Positions 27,139 through 40,990 of a stretch of DNA of 64,000 bases are shown in pieces; the first letter of the stretch is position 1; each line of letters starts with the position of its first letter. A program made the translations under genes and the position numbers. The DNA is taken from contig CM059431.1 in assembly GCA_030390025.1 (NCBI GenBank), positions 100,256,001-100,320,000 on the forward strand, written 5' to 3'. The notes under the pieces are model-generated. The model was given only the letters and a program-made list of their open reading frames with translations, made no database searches and had not been told where the DNA came from. The DNA comes from Squalus acanthias (taxonomy: Eukaryota).

Positions 27139-28910
27139 TTTTTTTTTTATTCGTTTATGGGATGTGGGCGTCGCTGGCAAGGCCAGCATTTATTGCCCAT
27201 CCCTAATTGCCCTCGAGAAGGTGGTGGTGAGCCGCCTTCTTGAACCACTGCAGTCTGTGTGGTGAAGGTGCTCCCACAGTGCTGTTAGGGAGGGAGTTCC
27301 AGGATTTTGACCCAGCGACGATGAAGGATCGGCGATATACTTCTAAGTCAGGATGATGTGTGACTTGGAGGGGAACTTGGAGGTGGTGGTGTTCCCTTGC
27401 CCCTGCTGCCCTTGTCCTTCTAGTTGGAAGAGGTCGCGGGTTTGGGAGGTGTTGCCGAAGAAGCCTTGGCGAGTTGCTGCAGTGCATCTTGTAGATGGTA
27501 CACACTGCAGCCACGGTACGCCAGTGGTGGAGGGAGTGAATGTTTAAGGTGGTGGATGGGGTGCCAATCAAGCGGGCTGCTTTGTCCTGTATGGTGTCGA
27601 GCTTCTTGACTGTTGTTGGAGCTGCACTCATCCAGGCAAGTAGAGAGTATTCCATCACACTCCTTACTTGTGCCTTGTAGATGGTGGAAAGGCTTTGGGG
27701 AGTCAGGAGGTGAGCCACTCGCCGCAGAATACCCAGCCTCTGACCTGCTCTTGTTGCCACAGTATTTATGTGGCTGGTCCAGTTAAGTTTCTGGTCAATG
27801 GTAACCCCCTGGATGTTGATGGTGGGGGATTCGGCGATGGTAATGCCATTGAATGTGAAGGGGCGGTGGTTAGACTCTCGCTTGTTGGAGATAGTCATTG
27901 CCTGGCACTTCTGTGGCGCGAATGTTACCTGCCACTTATCAGCCCAAGTCTGAACGTCGTCCAGGTCTTGTTGCATGCGGGCATGGACTGCTTCATTCTC
28001 TGAGGAGTTGTGAATGGCACTGAACACAGTGCACTGTGCGAACATCCCCATTTCTGACCTTATGTTGGAGGAAGATCATTGATGAAGCAGCTGAAGATGG
28101 TTGGGCCTAGGACACTGCCCTGAAGAACTCCTGCAGCGATGTCCTGGGGCTGCGATGATTGACCTTCAATCACCACAACCATCTTCCTTTGTGCTAGGTA
28201 TGACTCCAGCCAGTGGAGAGTTTCCCTCAGATTCCCATTGACTTCAGTTTTATTAGGGCTCCTTGATGCCACACTCGGTCAAATGCTGCCTTGATGTCAA
28301 GGGCAGTCACTCTCACCTCACCTCTGGAATTCAGCTCCTTTGTCCATGTTTGGACTAAGGCTGTAATGAGGTTGGGAGCCGAGTGGTCCTGGCGGAACCC
28401 AAACTGGGCATCAGTGAGCAGATTATTGGTGAGTAAGTGCCACGTGATAGCACTGTCGATGACACCTTCCATCACTTGCTGATGATTGAGAGTAGACTGA
28501 TTGAGCGGTAATTGGTCAGATTGGATTTGTCCTGCTTTTTGTGGACAGGACAGACCTGGGCAGTTTTCCACATTCTCGGATAGATGCCAGTGTTGTAGCT
28601 GTACTGGAACATCTTGGCTAGAGGCGCGGCTAGTTCTGGAGCACAAGTCTTCAACACAATAGCCGGGATGTTGTCGGGGGCCCACAGCCTTTGCTGTATC
28701 CAGTGCGCTCAGCCGTTTCTTGATATCACGTGGAGTGAATCGAATTGGCTGAAGACTGGCTTCTGTGATGGTGGGGACCTCAGGAGGAGGCCGATATGGA
28801 TCATCCACTCGGTACTTCTGGCTGAAGATGGTTGCAAACGCTTCAGCCTTGTCTTTTGCACTCACGTGCTGGGCTCCACCATCATTGAGGATGGGGATAT
28901 TCATGGAGCC
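27139..28910 (-). mobile_element. 5'-truncated CR1/L2-group LINE (RT region, frameshifted); shorter 3' fragments near 12920-13252, 15480-15847, 23108-23440 and 63490-63605
   Basis: QFGFRQDHS, ALDIKAAFDRVWH, GVLQGSVLGPTIFSCFIND, QVRSVMEYS, SWNSLP. Confidence 0.88.
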
Positions 28911-30640
28911 TTATTGCTGGTGAATTTCTCATTGTCTGACGTTGGTACACTTTGGTGCGGTACAGCGATGTGAGGCATTTGCCCTGTTAAGCAAGTATTA
29001 ATTTAATATAGCTACAAAGATCAATTAAATGTTGCAGGCAATAAAATCACTAATGCTTGTCCTTGCCTGTAACGTATTTGGTGGCTACAGTTCTCTCCTG
29101 TTGCTCACAGAAACAATTGGAATGAATAGTTGTATTTCCTGGCTGTTTTAACGGGGTTGGGTAATTTCATGGCTCTGAGATGCTGTGATTCATGCACAAC
29201 TTAATGTGTGAAAATGAGACAGTAAAGTGTCACAAAAAGATAGGGCTGTTCTGAATGAAACAGTTACTGCTTTCTTCGGAACTGGGTGCTTTTTGTGTAT
29301 CTTCTCCTGTGGTAACAGAAGCTAAATACAACAGGAATATAATTGCATAGAATGTACAGCACAGAAACAGGCCATTCGGCCCAACTGGTCCATGCCGGTG
29401 TTTCTGCTCCACACGAGCCTCCTCCCACCCCTCTTCATCTCACCCTATCAGCATATCCTTCTATTCCTTTCTCCCTCCTGTGTTTATCCAGCTTCCCCTT
29501 AAATGCATCTATACTATTCGCCTCCCTGTGGTAGCGAGTTCCACATTCTCACCACTCTCTGGGTAAAGAAGTTTCTCCTGAATTTCCCTATTTGATTTCT
29601 TGGAGACTATCTTATATTGATGGCCTCGAGTTTTGCTCTTCCCCACAAGTGGAAACGCTCTCTCTGTATCCACTCTTATCAAAACCTTTCATAATTTTAA
29701 AGACCTCTATCAGGTCACCCCTCAACCTTTTTTCAAGAGAAAAGAGACCTAGCCTGTTCATCCTTTCCTGATATGTATACCCTCGCATTTCTGGTATCAT
29801 CCTTGGAAATCTTCTCTGCACCCTCTCCGGTGCCTCTATATCCTTTTTATAATATGATGACCAGAACTGCACGCAGTACTCCAAGTGTGGTCTAACCAAG
29901 GTTCCAATTAAGTTGAACTTCCCTTTTAACGTCGCATCCTGGAATGGACACATGATTTCCGATAACAGCCTAATCTGGGCGGAATCAAATCAAATAGCGC
30001 AAAAGAAGCGGAATTTGAAGCGAGTGAGTTGCGCCCATAACTGCGTTATGCCAGAGTATCCGCACGACCTTTTAAGTCCGTTCAACAGACCCTTCGCCCG
30101 AACCTGTCCCCGCCCACAAAACTGACCACGCCCCCGGTCGCAGAGGCGCGAGTTTGCGCCAAATGCGCTCATTCAATAAATTGCGCCCGGAATCTCAAGC
30201 GCGCAGGCTCCCCATGGTCACATGACTCCAGCGTTAGTCAGCTGACCGGCAGTCTGTTGAAGCCAAGCGACCTGCCCTGCTGCCGCAGAAATCAATCAAT
30301 TCGTTTTAAAAGGCCTCATGTCCTGGGCTGCCCCGCTCCTCTCTGACGCCCCATTGACTCTGTTCCAGCCACGAATCAGTTACGCTGCTTGATTGGGCTG
30401 ATTCGCGGGAGATTTCACCTCCGGGCTTCTGCTAACCAGATTGCGCGGAAACTCGGCCAAGCGGGCAGATTCTGGGCACAATTTACGGATTGCGCCCCCT
30501 AGCGGAGACTCCAGGCTGCCGTCTTTTGTTCTTCCAGGGGCTGTAAGACTCAAATATCACGACCACAGCCCAGGGTGCCAATGGATTCACTTTCTGTCTC
30601 GCCTGTGAATATTTCCAGACCTGATATTTTACCTGCCTGA

Positions 30641-31087
<447 letters not shown>

Positions 31088-33001
31088 TAGGGAGGGATTT
31101 CCAGACCTTGGGGCCCAGGCAGCTGAAGTCACGGCCGCCACTGGTGGAGCAATGGGAATCGGGGATGCGCAAGAGGCCAGAATTGGAGGAGCGCAGAGAT
31201 CTCGGAGGGTTGTAGGGCTGGAGGAGATTACAGAGATGGGGGGGGGGGGGTGAGGCCATGGGGGGATTTGAAAAGAAGGAGCAGTGTCCTTATTGGTCTG
31301 TGGTCTGCAGGAGTGTAAAAACTTCCGAACATGGATTGCTGCATTTGCTGGGTTCCCCAGTCTCGATGAGCCCACCAAGACATCATTGCCACACTGCCGC
31401 TTATCCATAAAAACAGACAGACGTATTCGAATTACGGAGAATCTGTAAGTCCAGTCAGTCACCCGCCCCAGACCCGGAGCCAACACAGCTGAAGAAACCC
31501 TGTGATCAACTGAGTAAAATGGAGGTCCCAACGCCCGTCTAAACCTCCCCACGGAAATTTTGCCCACACCTATCCAATGTGTCCTTGATTCACCTTCCTG
31601 CCCACCATGGAAAGTCAACCATCCCTTCCAAAGCTTACTGCCATCCAGATGTATAGAATCATAGAATGGTTACAGCACAGAAGGAGGCCATTCAGCCCGT
31701 TGAGCCCGTGCCGGCTCTCTGCAAGAGCACTTCAGCTAGTCCCACTCCCCCGCCCTTTCCCCGTAGCCCTGCAAATTTTTTTCCTTCAGGTAATTATCCA
31801 ATTCCCTTTTGAAAGCCACGATTGAATCAGCCTCCACCACCCTTTCAGGCAGTACATTCCAGATCTTAACCACTCGCTGCGTAAAAAAGTTTTTCCTCGT
31901 GTCGCCTTTGGTTCTTCTGCCAATCACCTTAAATCTGTGTCCTCTGGTTCTCGACATTTCCACCAATGGGAACAGTTTCTCTCTATCTACTCTGTCCAGA
32001 CCTCTCATGATTTTGAACGCCTCTATCAAATCTCCTCTCAACCTTCTCTGCTCCAAGGAGAACAACCCCAGCCTCTCCAGTCTATCCACCTAACTGAAGT
32101 CCCTCATCCCTGGAACCATTCTGGTAAATCTTTTCCGCACCCTCTCTGAGGTCTTCACATCCCTCCTAAAGAACTGTGAATGATCCTCGGTGTATGCATC
32201 TGCAAGAACCATTTCATCTGTCATGTACCACGACCAATGCCATTTTTTTTTTAATTTGCTCCTGGGATGTGGGTGACACTGACTAGCTAATATTTATTGC
32301 CTGTCCCTAGCTACCCCGAGGGCATTAAGAATCACGGTGTTCGAGTTTCCACTTTGGGTGCAATCGGGAAATTGCATCCAAAATGCGCTTGGAATTGCAC
32401 TGGTTAAGTCAGGTTTCAGATTTCCGCTAAAAAGGCTGGGGTTGTTTTCTTTGGAACAGAGGAGGCTGAGGGGAGATTTAATTGAGGTGTATAAAATTAT
32501 GAGGGGCCTAGATAGAGTGGATAGGAAGGACCTATTTCCCTTAGCAGAAGGGTCAATAACCAGGGGGCATAGATTTAAAGTAATTGGTCGGAGGTTTAGA
32601 GGGGAGTTGAGGAGAACTTTCTTCACCCAGAGGGTTGTGGGGGTCTGGAACTCTCTGCCTGAAAGGGTGGTCGAGGCAGAAACCCTCATCACATTTAAAA
32701 AGTACTTGGATATGCACTTGAAGTGTCGTAGCCTACAGGGCTATGGACCAAGAGCTGGAAAGTGGGATTAGGCTGGATAGCTCTTTGTCGGCCGGCACGG
32801 ACACGATGGGCCGAATGGCCTCCTTCCGTGCTGTAAATTGCTATGATTCTATGATAAAATTAATTTGCATAATCACAAACGTAAAATCTCCCATAAACCA
32901 GCCCAACGGGCAGCATCATAGAACGTAATCGTTCCTTTTTTCTTTCCATTAACAAGTATTCCCTGATGTGTTTAAGAGCGGTAATGTGACACAGTTTGAT
33001 T

Positions 33002-33365
33002 AACACAAAAGCCAAATACTGCGGAGGCTGGAAATCTGAAACAAAAACAGAAAATGCTGGAAACACTCAGCGGGTCGGGCAGCGTCTGCGGAGAGAGAGA
33101 AACAGAGTCAACGTTTTGGATCGATGACCCTTCGTCAGAACTGGAAGAGATTTAACAGTTTATGAGCGAGTGCAGAGGCAGGGAAAGGGGGGGAGGGGAG
33201 GAAGGAACAAAAGGGAAGGTCTGTGATAGGATGGAAGGCAGGAGAGATTAAGAGACAAAAGGGATGATGGTGCAAGGCAAAAGGAGATGGTAATGGGACA
33301 AGTTAAGAAACAAAAGATGGGTCTAGAGGAGGTGTAAATGGCAACAGCAGAATCATCACCAGCAA
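33002..33365 (-). mobile_element. Penelope-like pLTR fragment with a mutated hammerhead core; a related fragment lies at about 15355-15460
   Basis: Homologous to 38292-38480; core GAAA changed to AAAA at about 33114-33117. Confidence 0.7.
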
Positions 33366-33562
33366 TACTATCATTCTGCTTTTAATAGTTAATCGCTGTT
33401 AATAATTTAGTATCATAAGCACCGGGCCAGCATTCCCACATTGCATAATTCACTATAAAGTTTGATTTATGGTGGCGCACAGTCATTACCAGAGAAGGAG
33501 CGTCTGCCCACTGATTACTCTCCCTGTTGATTATGATATAGTGATTGCTCGCTTGGCTATAA

Positions 33563-33763
<201 letters not shown>

Positions 33764-33908
33764 TGAACAACATTGCAAAAATAACCAAAAAGGTCATTTC
33801 ACAAGGGAAAAAAAAGCATCTCCTACCACGGGGACAGCTGGCTCTAGAGTTGGTCTTTCGCGACACGTTGCTGCAGCAGCAGTGGTCGGATACGACGCCC
33901 CAGTCAGT

Positions 33909-34904
33909 GGGCCTTAATTTGCAGTCTGGGGCTGCCCGCGGGGGCAATGCCTCCGATCCGCAAATAAAATGCCCGCGCCTACCTGGTGGTTCCGGGAGGT
34001 AGGTAGACTCGTGGTCCTGGGGCCTCCGCGGGTAGAGGTCCACGTACCCCAGGGAGCGCAGGCGGATCACGCGCGCCCCTGGGATCACATGGGCCGGCCC
34101 AACGAATGACAAAAGGGAATCCCCATTCATCCTTATGAAAAGAAAGACTTGCATTTCTATAGCGCCTTTCACGACCACCGGACGTCTCGAAGCACTTTAC
34201 AGCCAATGAAGTATTTTTGAAGTGTAGTCACTGCTGTAATGTGGGAAACGCGGCAACCAATTTGCACACAGCACGCTCCCACAAACAGCAATGTGATAAT
34301 AACCAGATAATCTGTTTTTGTTGTGTTGATTGAGGGATGAATATTGGCCAGGACACCAGGGAGAACTCCCCTGCTCTTCTTTGAAATAGTGCCATTACTT
34401 ATGTATGTAAACCCTATAAGCATGAATAGGAATACCCCAAAAAATACACCTAGACATCAAATCTTTTTTTTTTAATTACATATTAATTAAAATGGCATTT
34501 AAATATTTAGAACAAAAATTTAATTTTTTAAAAAAAAAATTTACATATTTTAATGGGGCTATAAATAAACTTACCTTATTTCACAGGTTTTTAAATGTAT
34601 AAATGATTGATAAAACTTTATTTTTCTGTTTTTTAAAACTCTTACGCTGGTGAAATCAGACCTTACTCCTGCTGTTACCGGGCGTAAGTATTTCACGGGC
34701 ATTCGCTGGGCACTAGTTGGGCAAATAGCGCAACTCTCCGCCCACGGGTGCCCTTTTCCCGGGGATGCGGATCATCTGTCAAGAAAATTCTTGACCGATC
34801 GCGAGTTCCAGGTATTAGCGCACGCTTGAACCCGGAACTTGCGTGGCCCCTCGCGGGCGTTGGCGCACCTCGTCCACACCCGTGGGGGCCGCAGATTAGG
34901 GCCC
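33909..34904. mobile_element. Second copy of the 842-2169 family, unexpanded, with a DeuSINE fragment inserted at about 34137-34395
   Basis: TIR GGGCCTTAATTTGC / GCAGATTAGGGCCC; shared internal GGGAATCCCCATTCAT and AT-rich core. Confidence 0.7.
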
Positions 34905-36420
34905 ATTACTTCCATGGTTAACGGTGAATCCAAGTGGTTCCATTGAGCAAATGGAGACAGTTGGAAACAATGGTCCATCGAACCGGCCCCACAGCTCATG
35001 ATGGTCGGAGCCTCGTGACTGGACACTTCCATCCCACCACCATGTGATGGCCTGGGAGAGGCGGGAAACCCAGGGCCAATAAAGGGAAAAATTCCTCTCC
35101 GACCCCCTCGAAACCAGTCCAGGAGATCACACGGACCAAGTGTTCGCTATAAATCCACTTGCCTTCCATATGATGTGATCTCCGTCCCAGTCAGGAACCA
35201 GTCTAGGTCCAGAGACTCGCCACTCCCAGGCAAATGAAGAACCGCCCAACATCCAGACTCTTCCTACTCTTACACGGTTTAAATTATCTCGCAAGAGAGG
35301 GAGGGATATTCGGATGCCCGCACAGGAGCAAAATTGACACAGGTCTGCAAACTGGTTACCCGACAACCTTCTCGAGTGAATAATGGTGCTGTGGCGTGGA
35401 CTGAGACAAAGAAAGAACCTGAAGCATGGTGTTGGATTTTCCCCATCTCCACTCCGTCTGGGCACAGGTCAGGCAGAGTGAGTTCAAAGTGCACACAGGT
35501 CAGGCAGAGCGGGTTCAAAGTGCACTCTGCCCGACGACCTGAAACCACCTGGATTCGGGTCGCGAACCTTGGCCCCATACACTCCCCCGAATAGAGGGGG
35601 TAAAAATGCAGGTACTGCTGCAAGGCCGAGGCTTTGACGGCCACTTGCTTCGGGGCTTCTGGCTGCTGTGTAATAACAGCAGTCCCTAATCATACAATCC
35701 TACAGCACAGAATGAGGCCATTCGGCCCATCGTGCCTGTGCCGGCTCTTTGAACGAGCTCTCCAATTAGTCCCACTCCCCCCACTCTTTCCCCAGAGCCC
35801 TGCAAATTTCTCCTTTTCAAGTATTTATCCAATTCCCTTTTGAAAGTTACTATTGAATCTGCTTCCACCGCCCGTTCAGGCAGCGCATTCCAGATCACAA
35901 CAACTCGCAGCGTAAAAAAAAAATTCTCATCTCCCCTCTGGTTCTTTTGTCAATTACCTTAAATCTGTGTCCTCTGGTTACCGACCCTCCTGCCTCTGGA
36001 AACAGTTTCTCCTTATTTACTCTATCAAAACCCCTCATAATTTTGAACACCTCTATTAAATCTCCTCTTAACCTTCTCTGCTCTGAGGAGAACAATCCCA
36101 GCTTCTCCAGTCTCTCCACGTAACTGAAGTCCCTCATCCCTGGAACCATTCCAGTAAATCTCCTCTGCAACCCTCTCCAAGGCCTTGACATCCTTCCTAA
36201 AGAAGGTTATGCTGATAGGGTGAGATGGAGAGGGGGTGGGAGGAGTCTCATGTGGAGCAGAAACACCGGCATGGACTAGTTGGGTCAAACGGCCTGTTCC
36301 TGTGGTGTAAAATTCTGTGTTTATTAGGAGCTACTTGCATTACGTTTTGCAATTCTAAAAAGTCCGCTGCACTGGCTCACATACTTAAACTTGGTTTGAC
36401 TTGGTCTTGAATGAAGATAA

Positions 36421-36648
<228 letters not shown>

Positions 36649-36723
36649 AAGGTAGAAAGGTGAGGACACTCGAAAGGTGGTAGGTGATGGTGTGACTGCT
36701 TTCCTAGTTAATAATATTAAGTT

Positions 36724-37264
36724 TCTGTCCACGGTCTCTAAATTGTCAGACTGCTTGTCCGACATCCAGTTCTGGATGAGCAGAAATTTTCTCCAATTAA
36801 ATATTGGGAAGACCGAAGCCATTGTCTTCGGGCCCCGCCACAAACTCCGTTCCCTGGCCACTGACTCCATCCCTCTCCCTAACATCTGTCTGAGGCTGAA
36901 CCACACTGTTCGCAACCTTGGTGTCATATTTGACCCTGAAATGAGCTTCCGACCACATATCCGCAGCATAACTAAGACCACCTATTTCCACCTCCGTAAC
37001 ATCGCCCGTCTCCGCCCCTACCTCAGCTCATCTGCTGCTGAAACCCATGCCTTTGTTACCTCGAGACTTGACTATTCCAACGCACTCCTGGCTGGCCTCC
37101 CACATTCCACCCTACGTAAACTTGAGGTCATCCAAAACTCGGCTGTCCATGTCCTAACTCGCACCGAGTCCCGTTCGCCCATCACCCCCTGTACTCACTG
37201 ACCTACATTGGCTCCCGGTTAAGCAACGCCTCGATTTCAAAATTCTCATCCTTGTTTTCAAATC
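36724..37264 (+). mobile_element. L2 LINE ORF2 fragment about 75 bp after the NALCN stop codon
   Basis: CLSDIQFWMSRNFLQLNIGKTE, VRNLGVIFD, FVTSRLDYSNALL. Confidence 0.88.
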
Positions 37265-37578
37265 GAGAGAGGTTTAGGCAGGGAATTCCAGAGCTTAGGG
37301 CCCAGGCAGCTGAAGGCACGGCCAGCAATGGTCGAGCGATGAAAATCAGGGATGCGCAAGAGGCCAGAATTAGAGGAGCGCAGAGATCTCGGGGAGTTGT
37401 AAGGCTGGAGGAGATTAGAGAGACAGGGAGGGGCGAGGCCATGGAGGGATTTGAAAACAAGGATGAGTCGTTGCCGGACCGGGAGCCAATGTAGGTCAGC
37501 GAGCACAGGGGGTGATGGGTGAACGGGACTTGGAGTGAGTTAGGACACGGGGCAGCCGAGTTTCGGATGAGCTGAAGT
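37265..37578 (-). mobile_element. Inverted L2 fragment
   Basis: LADLHWLPV..GRAFSCLGPKLWNSLP on the minus strand. Confidence 0.88.
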
Positions 37579-38291
37579 CTATGCTATTAAAGGCGGAAAT
37601 GAGGAGTTCCTGAAATAAAAGAGGGCAGAAGACCTTTGTGGAAGAGTTCCGAAGGTAGGACATCTGCACTGCTTCTCAGGTGCTGGTGCCCAAGGTGGAC
37701 AAGGAAGAAAGGGAGAGGCGCCCCAGTGTGTTTCATGACCCGACCTGCTGAGAATAAGAACATAAGAAATAGGAGCAGGAGTTGGCCATTCAACCCCTCG
37801 AGCCTGCTCCGCCATTCAATGAGATCATGGCTGATCTGATCTTGGCCTCAACTCCACTTCCCTGCCCGCTCCCCATAACCCTTGACTCCCCTATGGTTCA
37901 AAATGTGGAGCTTCATTCGTCATTTGTCTATAGCCCTAGGGGTGAGGGAGTTGGCAGTCAGTGCTAGTGCCACCTCCCTCTGGTTGGCATGAGCGATAAT
38001 CTCCAAAGAGATTTAGGGTTTCATGTACCCAGATCACTAAAATGTAGTAGTCAGGTACAAAAAAGTAATCAAAAGGGCTAATGGAATGTTAGCCTTTATA
38101 ACTAAAGGGCTAGAATATATGCTGCAGCTATACAAAGCCCTGGTTAGACCACACCTGGAGCACTGTGAGCAGTTCTGGGCACCACACCTTAGGAAGGATA
38201 TATTGGCCTTGGAGGGAGGGCAGCGTAGGTTTACCAGAATGACACCCGGACTTCAAGGGTTGAGTTACGAGGAGAGATTACACAAATTAGG

Positions 38292-38757
38292 AATAACAAC
38301 AGAAAACGCTGGAAAAACTCAGCAGGCCAGGCAGCATCCGTGGAGAGAGAAAGAGAGTTAACGTTTCAGGTCGATGACCTTTCGTCAGAACTGTGAAGAG
38401 CCGGAAATCAAATAGATTTAAGGCCAGAGTAAAGCTGGGAAAAGGGGGAGGGGATAAAAGAACAAAGGGGGAGATGAAGAGACATTAAGAGACATTAAGA
38501 GATATGCAAGGCTAGAGGTGGTGTTAATGTGACAGATTAAGGCTGAAAGAAGTGTGAAATCCACTGGCAGAATGAAGGACAGCTGCCAGCTTCTAGGAGG
38601 AAAAAAAAGGTGGGGGGGGGGCAAATAAAAGGGTGGAAAAAATAAAATATAAATGTGATTGGAGCTGAGGTTATGATCTAAAATTGTTGAACTCGATATT
38701 GAGTCCAGAGGGCTGTAGCGTGCCTAAACGAAAGATGAGGTGCTGTTCCTCGAGCTT
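38292..38757 (-). mobile_element. Penelope-like element 3' end inserted in a CR1 fragment
   Basis: Minus-strand KLEEQHLIFRLGTLQPSGLNIEFNNFRS* (end of the GIY-YIG region) followed by a pLTR-like segment with a hammerhead motif. Confidence 0.82.
38356..38392 (-). ncRNA. Minimal hammerhead ribozyme motif
   Basis: AGTT-CTGACGA-A-AGGTC-ATC-GACCT-GAAA-CGTT-AACT; stems I and II fully paired, AACGTT palindrome. Confidence 0.7.
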
Positions 38758-40554
38758 GTATTCACTCGAATTTAGAAGGTTAAGGAGTGATCTGATCGAA
38801 GTTTTCAAGATATTAAAGGGAGCAGATAGGGTCGATAGAGAGAAACTATTTCCGCTGGTTGGGGATTGTAGGACGAGGGGGCATAGTCTAAAAATTAGAG
38901 CCAGACCTTTCAGGAGTGAAATTAGGAAACACTTCTACACACAAAGGGTGGTAGAAGTTTGGAACTCTCTTCTGCAAATGGCAATTGATGCTAGATCAAT
39001 TGTTAATTTTAAATCTGAGATTGATAGATTTCTGTTAACCAAAGGTATTAAGGGATATGGGCCAAAGGCAGGTAGATGGAGTTAGATCACAGATCAGCCA
39101 TGATCTCATTGAATGGCGGAACAGGCTCGAGGGGCTGAATAGCCTCCTCCTGTTCCTATGGTCATGCGGCACTGGTCTGAAGCCCTAGGGGTGAGGGAGT
39201 TGGCAGTCAGTGCTAGCCACCTCCCTCTGGTTGGCATGAGCGAAAATCTCCAAAGAGATTTAGGGGTCCATGTACCCAGCCCCCAAGAATTCCCTTTGAC
39301 CCTTCACAAAACTGAATGATCCACGTGGTCTGACAATAAACGTGTGTGTGTCTATGTTTGTGCTTCTCAAGGTGAGGAACCAAATTATCGGGGAGAGACG
39401 AAGATTTTCAGCGTTGCACCAGGCCAGGATACGGCATCAAATATCCTTCAGACTCAAAGATGACCCTTCATTGCCCAGATGGTGGGCTTGCACCAGCCTC
39501 CGAAGAGCACTGCCGCCCGCACCAGCAGAACTTCCTCAATCTTTTTGTACTATTTGATCTTCTGGACCTTGCCAAATGTTTGGGGGCGGGGATGTTTGAG
39601 TTATCGGTTCATCTCCACTGGGGCCTGGATTGAGACTGTCCAAATAGGGGAGCGGGGGGAGTGGGACTAATTGGAGAGCTCTTTCAAAGAGCCGGCACAG
39701 GCACGATGGGCCGAATGGCCTCCATCTGTGCTGTACGATTCTATGATTTTCTTTTCACTTGGATCATTTATTAGCCGTCAGAACGAGAAACACGCCTGCT
39801 TAGCTTTAAAGATCGGGGACTGAGTTACACCACCACAAAACTGGACTTGGACAACAGGCGTCGCCAACTCTGGTTGGCCGTATTCCTGGAGGCTTCATCA
39901 CATGACCTCCCGCTTCCAAACGCCCCGCCCCACACTCTCCCGCTATTGGTTGCCCGACACGCCCATCCACGCAGCGCCCCGCCCTCCCCACAGCCAATCA
40001 GAAAGCAAACAGACTCTTCGTTGCCCGGATTGGATGAATCTTGCCCATCAGTCACACAGCCTTTTTATCCCATCCATCTCCAATATCTTTTGTAACTAAT
40101 AAACGAAGGTGTTCATAGAAAATGAAAGAAAGACTTTATTTTATTGCCCCTGTGATTTTTCTCCCTGGGGTTTTTGCTGGCGGCAGTGTCCTGGAGACTC
40201 CAGGGCAATCCTGGAAGGTTGGCGATCTTACGTTGGATATTGCCCCGCCTGGGTAGATTGACGTCAAGTTACTGGCATTCAGATTTGATGCAGAGAGCTT
40301 AGCCACCAGTTTTAAAAATGATTTGTGTGCTTTGCTGCCCTCTGCTGTGGGATTCTGTGAAATGCAATATCTTGAGAAATCACAACCAAAAGGGAAGATG
40401 TCTGCAACGAACGTATATGCAGGCAGTGGTGAATAAGCCATATTCAGTGAGGATCAACCCTTACTTAACTTGTGGAATTTGCATTTTCATTCTCGTAACT
40501 GTATTGGATGTAAAAAGTATTTGTGGAAACTTCAGTGGCTCGTACAAAGATATT

Positions 40555-40678
40555 TGTGTGTGTGAGAGTGAATGAGTGTGTGTGTGTGAATGTATGTGCG
40601 GGTGTGTGAGAGTGAATGAGTGCGTGCGAGTGAGTAAGTATGTGCGAGTGTGTGAGTGAGTGAATGAGTGTGTGTGCG
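40555..40678. repeat. Imperfect (GT)n/(GAGT)n microsatellite
   Basis: Direct reading. Confidence 0.85.
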
Positions 40679-40963
40679 TTAGTTTGTTAGTTAGTCATAA
40701 CCGCTCTTGGATTCTAGTAGATCAGTGTGAGTAAGCTGAAATTGCAATATGCTGTGCCTTTATTCAATCTTCACGTCTGGGCTAAAACATTTTCTGATTT
40801 GCAGAAGAATATGCCAAGTGAATATTTCCAATCGTTTTCATGGTATTGTACACTTACCCATAATTGTTCACCGTCCGGTTCCTCTGTCTACTGTGTGTTT
40901 CCTACATTATTGCCATTGCTAATCAGGATATTATGTGAGTGTTAAAGTTTAAATAGAACCATC

Positions 40964-40990
40964 AATAAAGATTAAATGCTTTTTATTAAA
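40964..40990 (+). promoter_or_regulatory. Candidate NALCN polyadenylation signal cluster (AATAAA, ATTAAA, ATTAAA)
   Basis: Three hexamers clustered in a TE-poor AT-rich stretch (about 40230-41240) downstream of the stop codon; no transcript evidence. Confidence 0.35.

Noticed and set aside
39855..40010. GC boxes and CCAAT motifs suggesting a promoter
   Set aside because: They fall inside a hAT-like MITE homologous to 12651-12889, and no downstream exon was found.
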